A DNA stretch of 64,000 bases from Clostridia bacterium (GTDB lineage: Bacteria; Bacillota; Clostridia; Oscillospirales; CAG-272): assembly GCA_017536475.1 (NCBI GenBank), contig JAFXHH010000002.1, forward strand, positions 926 through 64,925, given 5' to 3'. The position numbers and the translations under genes are program-made. Below are positions 9,211-18,447 of the stretch, piece after piece; positions within the stretch are counted from its first letter, which is position 1; the number at the start of each line of letters is the position of its first letter. Below the pieces are notes generated by a model that saw only the letters and a list, made by a program, of their open reading frames with translations, was not told the DNA's origin and did no database searches.

Positions 9211-10079
9211 TGGAATATATCATAAAAAGACTTCAAACGAACCTTAACATAACGGGCATCGTGAACATTCACTTTTTCGAATTTGACAAGAACTTTACAA
9301 CGGCTGACGAAAGGCATCCGTTCTACGAGCTGGTTTTTGTCAACACGGGAAAGCTGCAGATCATCTCCGAGAGCTACACGGGAAAGCTGTCGAAGGATCA
9401 GCTCATCATTCACCGCCCCAATGACTCTCACTCGCTCCGTTGCAGCGACGAGACCAACCCAACCGTCATCATAATCGGCTTCGAATGCGACACAAATGCG
9501 CTCGAGGTCCTGGCAAATACACCGATAACGCTTAACGAATCGGCTATCAAAAAGCTTGCCGAGATTGTAAAGGAGGCGCGCAACGTGTTTGCCCCTCCCT
9601 TCAACATCCCGACGCACAATATGAAAAAAAAGAAAAAGCAGAGCTACGGAGCCGAGCAGATGCTCAAAATACTGCTTGAGTATTTTCTTCTTAAGCTGGT
9701 CCGCGAGTATTATTACAACGAAAATATCGAAGAAAACCTAAGACCGCCACTCAGTCAAAGCGAGCTGGTGGAATACGTAGATCTCAACTACCGCGAAAGG
9801 ATCACGATAGAGGAGCTGGCGTTTTTGTTCAAGACCAACCGTTCAACGCTCTGTAAGGAGTTCAAGGCGGCAACCGGCAAAACGCTTGTCGAATATATCA
9901 ACGAAAAGAAGATCGGCAAGGCGAAGAAAATGATCGCCGAGTCAAACGACAGCTTCACAAAAATCGCCGAGGATCTGCACTTTGATAGCATCCACTACTT
10001 TACCCGCCTTTTCAAAAAGCTCTCGGGAATGACCCCGACAGAATACCGCGCCGAGCACAAAAAACAGGCGCAACCCTAA
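9210..10079 (+). CDS. AraC-family transcriptional regulator (cupin + HTH)
   Basis: ERHPFYELVFV cupin; FDSIHYFTRLFKKLSGMTPTEYR AraC signature; divergent from the M24 operon. Confidence 0.92.
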   Translation: MEYIIKRLQTNLNITGIVNIHFFEFDKNFTTADERHPFYELVFVNTGKLQIISESYTGKLSKDQLIIHRPNDSHSLRCSDETNPTVIIIGFECDTNALEVLANTPITLNESAIKKLAEIVKEARNVFAPPFNIPTHNMKKKKKQSYGAEQMLKILLEYFLLKLVREYYYNENIEENLRPPLSQSELVEYVDLNYRERITIEELAFLFKTNRSTLCKEFKAATGKTLVEYINEKKIGKAKKMIAESNDSFTKIAEDLHFDSIHYFTRLFKKLSGMTPTEYRAEHKKQAQP

Positions 10080-10121
10080 TAAAAAACCACGGCCGTCACG
10101 GTCGTGGTTTTTGTTTGAGTT

Positions 10122-11540
10122 TTATTTTTCTGTATTAACTTCAGGCTTTGCAACCAAAGCAGAGTTTCCGTCCGCGACCTCAATTCCGTCGCAATCAACG
10201 GGAGTAAGCGAATCACAGCCCTTGAAGGCATCCTTGCCGACAACCTTTACGTTGTTCAATTCGACCGAAGCGAGCGACTCGCAAAGCGCAAAGGTTGAGC
10301 TTCCGATCTCTCTCACCTTGTCGGGCATCGCGACCGACTTAAGCGACCTGCATCCGTAAAACGCCTGCATACCGATACTCTCAACACCTGCTCCGAAATC
10401 AACAGCCTCAAGATTGTCACATCCGAAAAACGCGTCGTCACCGATCATAGTAAGCGACTCGGGCATATCGATCGACTTCAGCGAGCGACAGCCGTAAAAA
10501 GCTCGTACGCCAACGCTCTCTATTCCCTCTCCAAGCGCAAATTTCGCAATATAAGCGCAGCTTGCAAACGCTCTGTCGGGGATCTCGTCACAATCTACCA
10601 AGGATAGCTCGCGCAGACTCACGGGAACAAAATCATCGTTGTAATCAGCGCTCTCCGCACCGAAAATATAGCCAAGGAATCGGTTGCTCTCGGCACTTTC
10701 TCCAACGACCGACAAGGTCAGCGAGTATAGCGACTTGCCACCGTAAAGCGCGCCGAATCCAATTCTCTCCGCACCCACAAGCGAGAGCGAAAAGAGCGAC
10801 GAACAATATCCGAACGCATAATTCCCGACCTCTGCGACCGAGCCGCCAAGATCGGCATAAACGAGGCCGAAGCACTCGTAAAAAGCAAATTTTCCAATAG
10901 ATCTAACGGTGTTCGGGAGCACGACCGCACAAAGCGACTTGCAGCTTGCAAAAGCATTCTCCGCAACAGACTCCGCCGCGCCTACTATAACGACCTCAAG
11001 CGTTGCAGGCACCTTGACCGCGTGGTATTCGTAGCTGTCAGCCCCGAAAATATAGCCGAAATGACTATTCTCCCCACCGTCGCCAATGAAAGGAACGCGA
11101 AGCGTGACCAACGCCGATGCGCCTGCAAAAGCACCCTTTTCTATTGATCTGACGCTGTCGGGCACGTAGACCGCGCGAACGGTAGCGTTGGCAAAAGCAG
11201 CCTCTCCGAGAGCAACCACGGCAGCACCGCCGATCTCCTCGGGAATAACAACAATGCTCTCCTCGCCGATATACGAGGTTATCTTGACCTCATTTTCTCC
11301 AACCGACTCGATCTCAAAGCAGGCCGCGTCGGTGACCTCGTTGAGACCAAACGCAGAGCCGACCTTGTCCTTATATTCCTCGTGCTTTAAAGCAATATTC
11401 GCCACCTGCTCGCTCATGCCGTCGGCGGCGGTAAATTCCTCCTTGCCCTCCCATTCGCTCTCCTCAACGGGCGCCTGAATACAACCGACGCACGCGAAAG
11501 CAAGACAAATAGCCAGGCAAATCATTAAAAATTTCTTCAT
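10122..11540 (-). CDS. BspA-like (LRR_5) leucine-rich-repeat lipoprotein
   Basis: MKKFLMICLAICLAFACVGC lipobox; many IGxxAFxGCxSLxSI repeats. Confidence 0.85.
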   Translation of the reverse strand: MKKFLMICLAICLAFACVGCIQAPVEESEWEGKEEFTAADGMSEQVANIALKHEEYKDKVGSAFGLNEVTDAACFEIESVGENEVKITSYIGEESIVVIPEEIGGAAVVALGEAAFANATVRAVYVPDSVRSIEKGAFAGASALVTLRVPFIGDGGENSHFGYIFGADSYEYHAVKVPATLEVVIVGAAESVAENAFASCKSLCAVVLPNTVRSIGKFAFYECFGLVYADLGGSVAEVGNYAFGYCSSLFSLSLVGAERIGFGALYGGKSLYSLTLSVVGESAESNRFLGYIFGAESADYNDDFVPVSLRELSLVDCDEIPDRAFASCAYIAKFALGEGIESVGVRAFYGCRSLKSIDMPESLTMIGDDAFFGCDNLEAVDFGAGVESIGMQAFYGCRSLKSVAMPDKVREIGSSTFALCESLASVELNNVKVVGKDAFKGCDSLTPVDCDGIEVADGNSALVAKPEVNTEK

Positions 11541-11541
11541 C

Positions 11542-12063
11542 TTAATTTCCCACACGCTTTTTCTCGTCACCGTTCTCCTGGAGCTCCTTCTCCTCGCTTC
11601 CGACGCGAACCGAGTGATAAGCAATAAGCACACAAAAAGGAATTATCTGTGCAAAGAACCACTCCGCACCGATATCCCAAAGCGTCTCTACCTCCTCGAC
11701 CTCCTCTGCCGACACCTCTCCCTTTTTGAGAAGAACGTATCCGAGCATAGCCGTGTAAGTGAACGCCGCGACCACACAAGCAATAAAGACCTGCTCCTTG
11801 CGGCTGTGCACGAGCTCGTATTTTTCCCTGTTCGAATAAAACACCGCAATGACTAACGCGACCAGCGGAACGGGAAAAATTGCGGCTGCGTGATCAAGGA
11901 GCCATTTAAGATTTGTGTATTTTCCCTCGTCGGTCAGCTTTTGAACGAATTCGGGTATCCTTTCGCAATATAAATAGAATGATATAACGAGCAGAACGCA
12001 CGCCACCACGATACACATCACTATCTGAAACGTATCGTGCTTTATCTTTTTGTTTTCCGACAT
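11542..12063 (-). CDS. Hypothetical membrane protein (about 4 TM)
   Basis: Hydrophobic segments; AAGGA RBS; operonic position. Confidence 0.7.
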   Translation of the reverse strand: MSENKKIKHDTFQIVMCIVVACVLLVISFYLYCERIPEFVQKLTDEGKYTNLKWLLDHAAAIFPVPLVALVIAVFYSNREKYELVHSRKEQVFIACVVAAFTYTAMLGYVLLKKGEVSAEEVEEVETLWDIGAEWFFAQIIPFCVLIAYHSVRVGSEEKELQENGDEKKRVGN

Positions 12064-12083
12064 TTTAAAATCCTTTGCCTTTA

Positions 12084-12290
12084 TCAATTTTGTTTCTGTA
12101 CGCTCTTATACTCATCATAAAAGCGATAATAGGGACATCGTCCCGTGTTTCTGCCGAGAAAATCTATCATTTCGTCCTCGTCAAGCGAGATAGAGCAGAT
12201 ATATTCGTCCCATTCCTCGTCGTAGTCGTAAAACTCGCAGGTCTCGCAAGTTCCGACCGCGCGTTTTTTGTTATCTGAAGCATTGTTCAT
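12084..12290 (-). CDS. Small Cys-rich protein (DUF6472-like)
   Basis: CETCEFYDYDEE..YIC..LDEDEM..CPYYRFYDEYKSVQKQN pattern; overlaps the cdd stop. Confidence 0.75.
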   Translation of the reverse strand: MNNASDNKKRAVGTCETCEFYDYDEEWDEYICSISLDEDEMIDFLGRNTGRCPYYRFYDEYKSVQKQN

Positions 12291-12700
12291 CAGTCGTCAC
12301 CCTTTAACACGAACGTATCGGGCAAAAGCTCTCCAAGTGTTCTCATAACGGGCTTTTCTCCGTCAAAAAGAACGATCTTGAAGTCCGCGCCGCAAAATTC
12401 GGACATAAATTGTCGGCAAATTCCGCAGGGAGCACATATCTCCCCGATCTCGTCGCCATGTGGCGCTCCCACGATAGCAACCGCCTCAAAATCGCGCTTA
12501 CCCATACTGATCGCGGCTAAAAACGCAGATCTTTCAGCGCAAATAGTTCCGCCAAACGAGGCGTTTTCCACGTTTGCTCCGCGAACGATCTGACCGTCCG
12601 AGCAAAGCAGCGCCGCACCCACCGCGAAATGCGAATAGGGCGAATGAGAACATTTTCTCGCCTCTAGGGCCTCACGTATCAATTCTCTTTCGTTTATCAT
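12290..12700 (-). CDS. cdd: Cytidine deaminase
   Basis: SPYSHFAVGAAL, GANVENAS, ICAER, PCGICRQ zinc motifs. Confidence 0.95.
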   Translation of the reverse strand: MINERELIREALEARKCSHSPYSHFAVGAALLCSDGQIVRGANVENASFGGTICAERSAFLAAISMGKRDFEAVAIVGAPHGDEIGEICAPCGICRQFMSEFCGADFKIVLFDGEKPVMRTLGELLPDTFVLKGDD

Positions 12701-12741
12701 ATTTTACAAGCCTCGGCACATCGCCGAGAATCCTCCAAGCC

Positions 12742-13329
12742 TTATTTGTTCGAGCCCTCGATGAAGTAAGCTGCCTCAGTGTCGGCACAGTTGAGGAAAA
12801 ACGCCAAGGGGAACATCTCAAGCGCCTTTCCGACGTTTCCGGGGTCCTCGTTGCCCGAGAATCCCATGTGATAGCGGATCGCAAACGCCTCGTCGCGAGT
12901 CAGTCTCATATATCCCGATGCGATATATACCGACTTTTCTCCGTGGCCGTAGGGCAGATTGTCCTCTATGGTGTAGTAAGGCACAGATTCCCACTTGCCC
13001 TCGGGGTTTTTGACGTTTCTGAAGCTGACCTTGTAAAAATTCACCTTGCAGATATCGTGAAGCAGAGCCGCGATAGCAATGCTCTCCTCGTTGTACTCTA
13101 TGCCGTAAGCTTCCTTGATCCTCGGACGCGAGAGAATATCGCAAAGGCAGTCGTAGACGTTGAGCGTGTGCTCAACCAATCCGCCCTCGTAATTTCCGTG
13201 AAAGCGCGTCGATGCGGGCGCGGTAAAAAAGTCACTGCCCTCGGAGCAAAGATATTCAAGCAGTCGGTCTGCACCGTCTCTTTTGATCTTTTCCTTATAG
13301 ATTGAAATAAATCTTTCTCTGTTTGTCAT
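12742..13329 (-). CDS. HD-domain hydrolase
   Basis: FFTAPASTRFHG, GLVEH, LLHDICK, YGHGEKS, IRYHMG. Confidence 0.85.
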   Translation of the reverse strand: MTNRERFISIYKEKIKRDGADRLLEYLCSEGSDFFTAPASTRFHGNYEGGLVEHTLNVYDCLCDILSRPRIKEAYGIEYNEESIAIAALLHDICKVNFYKVSFRNVKNPEGKWESVPYYTIEDNLPYGHGEKSVYIASGYMRLTRDEAFAIRYHMGFSGNEDPGNVGKALEMFPLAFFLNCADTEAAYFIEGSNK

Positions 13330-13455
13330 ATTCTGCCCCTTTCGCGTAAGCATAAAACTCTACATTTTATATTTTAACAAAATAACGGAGATTTGTCAAG
13401 TCCGCAACACAAAAAACCGAGGCAATGCCTCGGTTTTTATCATATCATTAAAAAA

Positions 13456-13755
13456 TTATTCTGCGCTTTCCTCGGTCTTTTCAGCCTCAGGTGCAGCGGG
13501 AGCAACGGTCTTGCCGCAAGGAACGCCCATAAACATCTCGTCCTTCTTAGCAGCGAACTCTTCGTCGGACATGCAGAGGATCTTGATACCCATAATGATA
13601 CCCATGATCTCGTTGATAAAACCGATAATTCCGCAGGTAACAACACCGAGAACGATACGCCAAACGCCCGTCTTAACCTTTCCTGCCATAAAGCAAGGAA
13701 CGCCGATCGAGTTGAAAATGATAGTCATAACGCCAAATAAAATTCTGTTTTCCAT
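13456..13755 (-). CDS. Small TM2-like membrane protein
   Basis: GGAGG RBS; GVPCFMAGKVKTG..MSDEEFAAK resembles TM2 proteins. Confidence 0.65.
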   Translation of the reverse strand: MENRILFGVMTIIFNSIGVPCFMAGKVKTGVWRIVLGVVTCGIIGFINEIMGIIMGIKILCMSDEEFAAKKDEMFMGVPCGKTVAPAAPEAEKTEESAE

Positions 13756-13849
13756 ACGAAAAACCTCCTTTTTGATGATAGATCAATTATACCATTCAAA
13801 TATCAAATTGTCAATAACATTCGACAAAAACCTTAATTTTTTGCCAAGA

Positions 13850-16564
13850 TCAATACCCTTTCTTGCCAAAGATCGCCCTCCAAAGCAGCTTTCTCAGAAG
13901 ATCCGCGGGAAAAACGAGCAACGCGAGCAAAAAGGTCGTCATAAGCTCCTGCGCGAGCAAGGGCGCCGTTCTCAACACCGCACCTCCAAGATAAACGAAC
14001 AGTATCTGAATGATCAGCACCGCCGCCATAATACCAATAAAGGCTCGGTTTTTCGTGATATTTGCCAGCAATTTTATCCGATCGGTGCGCGCGCAGAAGC
14101 AGTTGAATACCGAAGCAAAAATAAAGAGCGCAAAAAATGCAGTCAGAAGATAGATATTATCCCCCGACACTCTGAAGCGAGAAAGGATCTCGGGTACCTT
14201 TAAAAATGCGATACACAGCGCCACGGTAAAGCCACCGCCGAAAACGATCTGATAGATCATATATCCGTTCAAAATCGGCTCATCTCTCCTCTTGGGCTTT
14301 TCCTCCATACACGACTCGAGCGCGGGCTCGCCTGCAAACGCAAGGCCGCCGAGCGTGTCCATAATTATGTTTATCCAAAGCATCTGCACCACGGTCACGG
14401 GCGCTTCATATCCCAAAAAAGGACATATCATCGAAACTCCCACCGCGCAGAAATTCATCATAAGCTGCAAGGTTATAAATTTGCGAATACTCTTGAAAAT
14501 ATTGCGTCCGTAAAGCACCGCCTTGACGATACTCGCAAGATCGTTGTCAAGTATGATAACGTCACCCGCATCCTTCGCGACCTGCGTGCCGCTTCCCATG
14601 GCAAAGCCCACGTCGGCGCGCTTGAGTGCGGGCGCGTCGTTGACTCCGTCGCCCGTCATACCCGTAACGAGCTCAAGCTCCTGCGAGATCCTGACAAGCC
14701 TGCTCTTGTCGGCGGGAAGCGCGCGGGCGACCACTGCAAGCCGCGGCAAAAGCTCCTTTAGCTGCGAGTCCGAAAGATGAGCAAGCTCGCCGCCCGAAAG
14801 AACTACGTCAACGCCACCGCCAAGGATCCCGCATTTTGATGCGATATATCTCGCCGTGTCCTTGTTATCTCCCGTGATCATCACCACGTGTATCCCCGCG
14901 CCCCGCAGAGAAGTGACCGACCTCGCCGCCTCGCGCCTTATTCTGTCCTCAAGCGTAATAAGACACAAGAGCCGCAGATCACCAAATTCGCCCCTCTCAA
15001 ACCTCGCCCCCATATAGTCCGACTCGCATTCGGCTATCATCAAAACTCGCTTGCCCGAGCTCGTCAACGTACTGCAAAGCTGCTGAAAGCGAGAGCATGA
15101 AAAAGGCATTCTCTCCCCATTTTCTCCGACACATGAGCGCACGTAAGGCATCAATCGCTCGGGCGCTCCCTTGACGAAAAGCCGTCTTCTCTTGCCCTGC
15201 GTCACAAGCGCCGCCGAAAATTTCTTTTCGCTGTCAAAGGGAATGTTTTTGACCGCCTCGAATTCGGGAAGCTTCTTTTCCCTGCCGATAACGAAATTCA
15301 TAATAGCCCTATCGGTCGAATTACCCCCCACCGCAGTCCGTTTTCCGTGCGAAAGCCCCGCCGCACTCGTCGTGTTGCCGACCGCCGAAAGCAAAAAATC
15401 ACCGTATACCGCCGTTTTCGCAAGCCTACCAATGCCGTCTATCTCTCTGCCGTCGCCGAGAAATATCTGCCCGACCGATAGCTTCCCCTCGGTCAAGGTG
15501 CCCGTCTTATCGGTAAAAAGAATATTCATACTCCCCGCCGACTCTATCCCGACGGGCTTTCGCACGAGCACGTTATCCTTTACCATTTTCTTGATATTTG
15601 ACGATAATACCACCGCGATCATCATCGGAAGCCCTTCGGGGACTGCAACCACTATGACCGTCAATCCAAGCGTCAGCGCGTGAAAAAGATTTGCAAACAA
15701 AAAATCAAAGCTTGTCAGCTTGTATTTGATCACCGCTACGTCAAAAGCGCTGTCCACGAAAAACGTATTGAAAAGATAGACCAGCGCAACGAGCACCGCC
15801 GCGACGTACCCGACGGCGCTTATCTGCTTTGCAAGCTTTCCCAGCCGTATTTTCAGCGGACTTTCTCTGGTCTCGGTCTGAATCTCTCGCGAGATCCCGC
15901 CAAGAAAGGTCTTATCTCCCACAGAGGCGACCTCGATCTCACCCTCGCCCGAAAGCACCGTGCAGCCGCGCAAGCAGTAGTAAGACGAAGAGGGCGTCAT
16001 ATCCTCGCCCTGCCCCATTCTTCTCGGCGACTTGTAAGCCTCCTTGCTCTCGCCCGTCATCGCCGACTGATCGCAAGCGATCGCACCCGAGATAAGCGCC
16101 CCATCGGCTGATATCTGTTCCCCAGCCCCAACGAGAGCAATATCCCCGACGACGACCTCGCGAATATCGACCTCGCAGACCACTCCGTTTCGCCTGACTC
16201 TGCACCTCTGCTTGCCGCACTCGGCATCAAGCCTCTCAAAAGCCGCTGCCGAGCCGTATTCTGACGCCGTTGAGATCAAGGTCGCCAAAAGCACCGAGAT
16301 CGCGATCCCCGCCGTCTCAAACCAATCGGCGTTTCTAAACGTAAATATAACGTTGATAATAAGCGCACCTATCAGTATCTTTATCACGGGATCTCCGAGA
16401 TTGGAAACAAACTGCCGCAAAAAGCTCTTTCTTTTTCCTCTCGACAAGGAATTATCTCCGTGCTCTGCGCGCGAGCGCGCAACCTCTGCGTCGCTTAATC
16501 CCCGAGCACTCCCATATCCGATTTTTTTATAAGTATTCGTAACCGTATCCCTCCCTTGTGCCAT
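13850..16564 (-). CDS. Calcium-translocating P-type ATPase (PMCA/YloB-like)
   Basis: GLSDAEVARSRAEHGDN, TGES, VPEGLP, DKTGTLT, KGAPE, TGDGVNDAP; the real start is well downstream of the ORF-track start and uncertain. Confidence 0.9.
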   Translation of the reverse strand: MAQGRDTVTNTYKKIGYGSARGLSDAEVARSRAEHGDNSLSRGKRKSFLRQFVSNLGDPVIKILIGALIINVIFTFRNADWFETAGIAISVLLATLISTASEYGSAAAFERLDAECGKQRCRVRRNGVVCEVDIREVVVGDIALVGAGEQISADGALISGAIACDQSAMTGESKEAYKSPRRMGQGEDMTPSSSYYCLRGCTVLSGEGEIEVASVGDKTFLGGISREIQTETRESPLKIRLGKLAKQISAVGYVAAVLVALVYLFNTFFVDSAFDVAVIKYKLTSFDFLFANLFHALTLGLTVIVVAVPEGLPMMIAVVLSSNIKKMVKDNVLVRKPVGIESAGSMNILFTDKTGTLTEGKLSVGQIFLGDGREIDGIGRLAKTAVYGDFLLSAVGNTTSAAGLSHGKRTAVGGNSTDRAIMNFVIGREKKLPEFEAVKNIPFDSEKKFSAALVTQGKRRRLFVKGAPERLMPYVRSCVGENGERMPFSCSRFQQLCSTLTSSGKRVLMIAECESDYMGARFERGEFGDLRLLCLITLEDRIRREAARSVTSLRGAGIHVVMITGDNKDTARYIASKCGILGGGVDVVLSGGELAHLSDSQLKELLPRLAVVARALPADKSRLVRISQELELVTGMTGDGVNDAPALKRADVGFAMGSGTQVAKDAGDVIILDNDLASIVKAVLYGRNIFKSIRKFITLQLMMNFCAVGVSMICPFLGYEAPVTVVQMLWINIIMDTLGGLAFAGEPALESCMEEKPKRRDEPILNGYMIYQIVFGGGFTVALCIAFLKVPEILSRFRVSGDNIYLLTAFFALFIFASVFNCFCARTDRIKLLANITKNRAFIGIMAAVLIIQILFVYLGGAVLRTAPLLAQELMTTFLLALLVFPADLLRKLLWRAIFGKKGY

Positions 16565-16688
16565 CCTAAAACAGATATATGCAAACGGGCAAGGATTTAG
16601 CCCCAAACCGCAAAAGTCAACAAAAAAGACTGCTCTACCCAAAGTAAAGCAGCCTTTTCTCCGCAAAAGCGGAAATTTATTTATGCCA

Positions 16689-18077
16689 TCAACATCTTTC
16701 GTCCATCGCAACGTAATCTCTGGTCTTGGAGATACACTTGTAGGCAGGACGGATGATCTTGTTCGAGGTGCAGTATTCTTCCATACGGTGAGCGCACCAG
16801 CCCGCAACTCTCGCGATCGCGAATAGGGGCGTGTACATCTCGGTGGGAATACCAAGCATGCGGTAAACGAGACCTGAATAAAGGTCGACGTTCGCACACA
16901 TATCCTTGTCAACTCCCTTATATGCTCTGAAAAGCGAGGGAGTGATGGTCTCGATCTTCTCAAGAAGCTCGAAATCCTCACCGTAGCCCTTGTCGTAAGC
17001 CAGCTTCTTGGCGTATGTCTTGAGCATAACTGCACGGGGGTCGGACTTGGTATAGATCGCGTGACCCATACCGTAAATAAGACCCGAGCCGTCGTTAGCC
17101 TCACCGTTAAGTATCTTAAGCAAGAAGGACGCGACCTCGTCCTCGTTGTTTATATCCTTTACGTTCGCCTTGATGCAGTCGAACATCTCCTGAACCTTGA
17201 GGTTCGCGCCGCCGTGACGGGGTCCCTTGAGCGCACCTATCGCCGCGCTGATCGCGGAATAGGTATCCGATCCCGAGCTTGAAAGCACACGGCAGGTAAA
17301 GGTCGAGCAGTTACCACCTCCGTGCTCGGCATGAACGACGAGACAAAGGTCAAGCAGCCTTGCCTCCTCCTCGGTGTAGCTCTTGTCCGAGCGCAAAACT
17401 CTCAAAAAGTTCTCCGCAGTAGAAAGCTCGTCCTTGGGGTTGTGGAGATTGAGGCTCTTGTCGAAAAATGCGTTCTGATAGACCGCGTAGGACTGCGCCG
17501 CGATAACGGGCAGTCGAGCAAGCAGCTCCATGCTCTGATGAAGCATATTTTCAAGTCCCGTATCGTCGGGATTGTCATCGTAAGCGTAGAGAGAAAGCAC
17601 CGCGCTCGCCATCTTATTCATTATCGAAGCAGAGGGCGCCTTCATAATTATATCCTCGGTAAATCTCGGGGGCAGACGGCGGTATGCCGCAAGAATATCG
17701 TTAAATTCCGCAAGCTCCTGCTCGTTGGGCAGATGTCCGAAGAAAAGCAGATAAGCACATTCCTCAAAGCCGAATCTGCCCTCTTTTACGAAATTATTTA
17801 CAAGAGAGGTGATCTTGTATCCGCGGTATTCAAGGCTTCCCTCGACCGCGCACTTCTCTCCCTCGTTCATAACGTAACCGTGCGCGTTACCAACTCTCGT
17901 AACGCCTGCGACTACACCCGAGCCGTCAAGCTCTCGCAGACCGCGCTTGACTCTGTATTTATCAAACGAGCCCTTGGGTATAACGTAAGCCGACCGCGCA
18001 TCGTCGAGCATCGCCTGAAATTCTTTTTCAACTGTCTCGTCGTGGTCGCTTTTATATTTTTTAGAATTAAGCTGCAT
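16689..18077 (-). CDS. gltA: Citrate synthase
   Basis: HAEHGGGNCSTF, GPRHGGAN, GMGHAIY..DPRA, ANVDLYSG. Confidence 0.93.
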   Translation of the reverse strand: MQLNSKKYKSDHDETVEKEFQAMLDDARSAYVIPKGSFDKYRVKRGLRELDGSGVVAGVTRVGNAHGYVMNEGEKCAVEGSLEYRGYKITSLVNNFVKEGRFGFEECAYLLFFGHLPNEQELAEFNDILAAYRRLPPRFTEDIIMKAPSASIMNKMASAVLSLYAYDDNPDDTGLENMLHQSMELLARLPVIAAQSYAVYQNAFFDKSLNLHNPKDELSTAENFLRVLRSDKSYTEEEARLLDLCLVVHAEHGGGNCSTFTCRVLSSSGSDTYSAISAAIGALKGPRHGGANLKVQEMFDCIKANVKDINNEDEVASFLLKILNGEANDGSGLIYGMGHAIYTKSDPRAVMLKTYAKKLAYDKGYGEDFELLEKIETITPSLFRAYKGVDKDMCANVDLYSGLVYRMLGIPTEMYTPLFAIARVAGWCAHRMEEYCTSNKIIRPAYKCISKTRDYVAMDERC

Positions 18078-18335
18078 TCATATCTCCTTTCCGCCGCGTG
18101 CGGCGCAAATTCGCAAGTAATTTTTGCACAGATCCTCAAGGGGATCACGCAAAACAAGTATATTTATACATTTTATCACCAAATATCAAAATTTGCAATT
18201 AACAAATTGTAAACTTTCAATTTTCGGCACAATTTCCCGCGCCGACCTTTGTGTTTTGCAAGAATTCTTCGTCTCGAATTCAAATATTCAATCAAACACC
18301 ACCCCGACGATCTTGCAAAAAACAGCTGAAGGGCA

Positions 18336-18364
18336 TTGACAAAAAAACCAAACTCCTTTATAAT
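18336..18364 (+). promoter_or_regulatory. Sigma-A promoter of the GH28 gene
   Basis: TTGACA-17 nt-TATAAT. Confidence 0.7.
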
Positions 18365-18447
18365 GTTATTATAACTCGTATGCTTTCGCAAGACTATGAT
18401 ATCAACAAGAGCCTCTTTCCGACAATAGCGGAAGAAAGGACAAAAAT

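Noticed and set aside
12742-13329. HD protein as a possible Cas3-type or defence nuclease
   Set aside because: It is a stand-alone HD hydrolase in a housekeeping context beside cdd, with no helicase or defence genes nearby
16565-17104. ORF-track N-terminal extension of the Ca-ATPase to 1084 aa
   Set aside because: It overlaps citrate synthase in another frame and crosses the intergenic region; ATPase similarity starts near 16520
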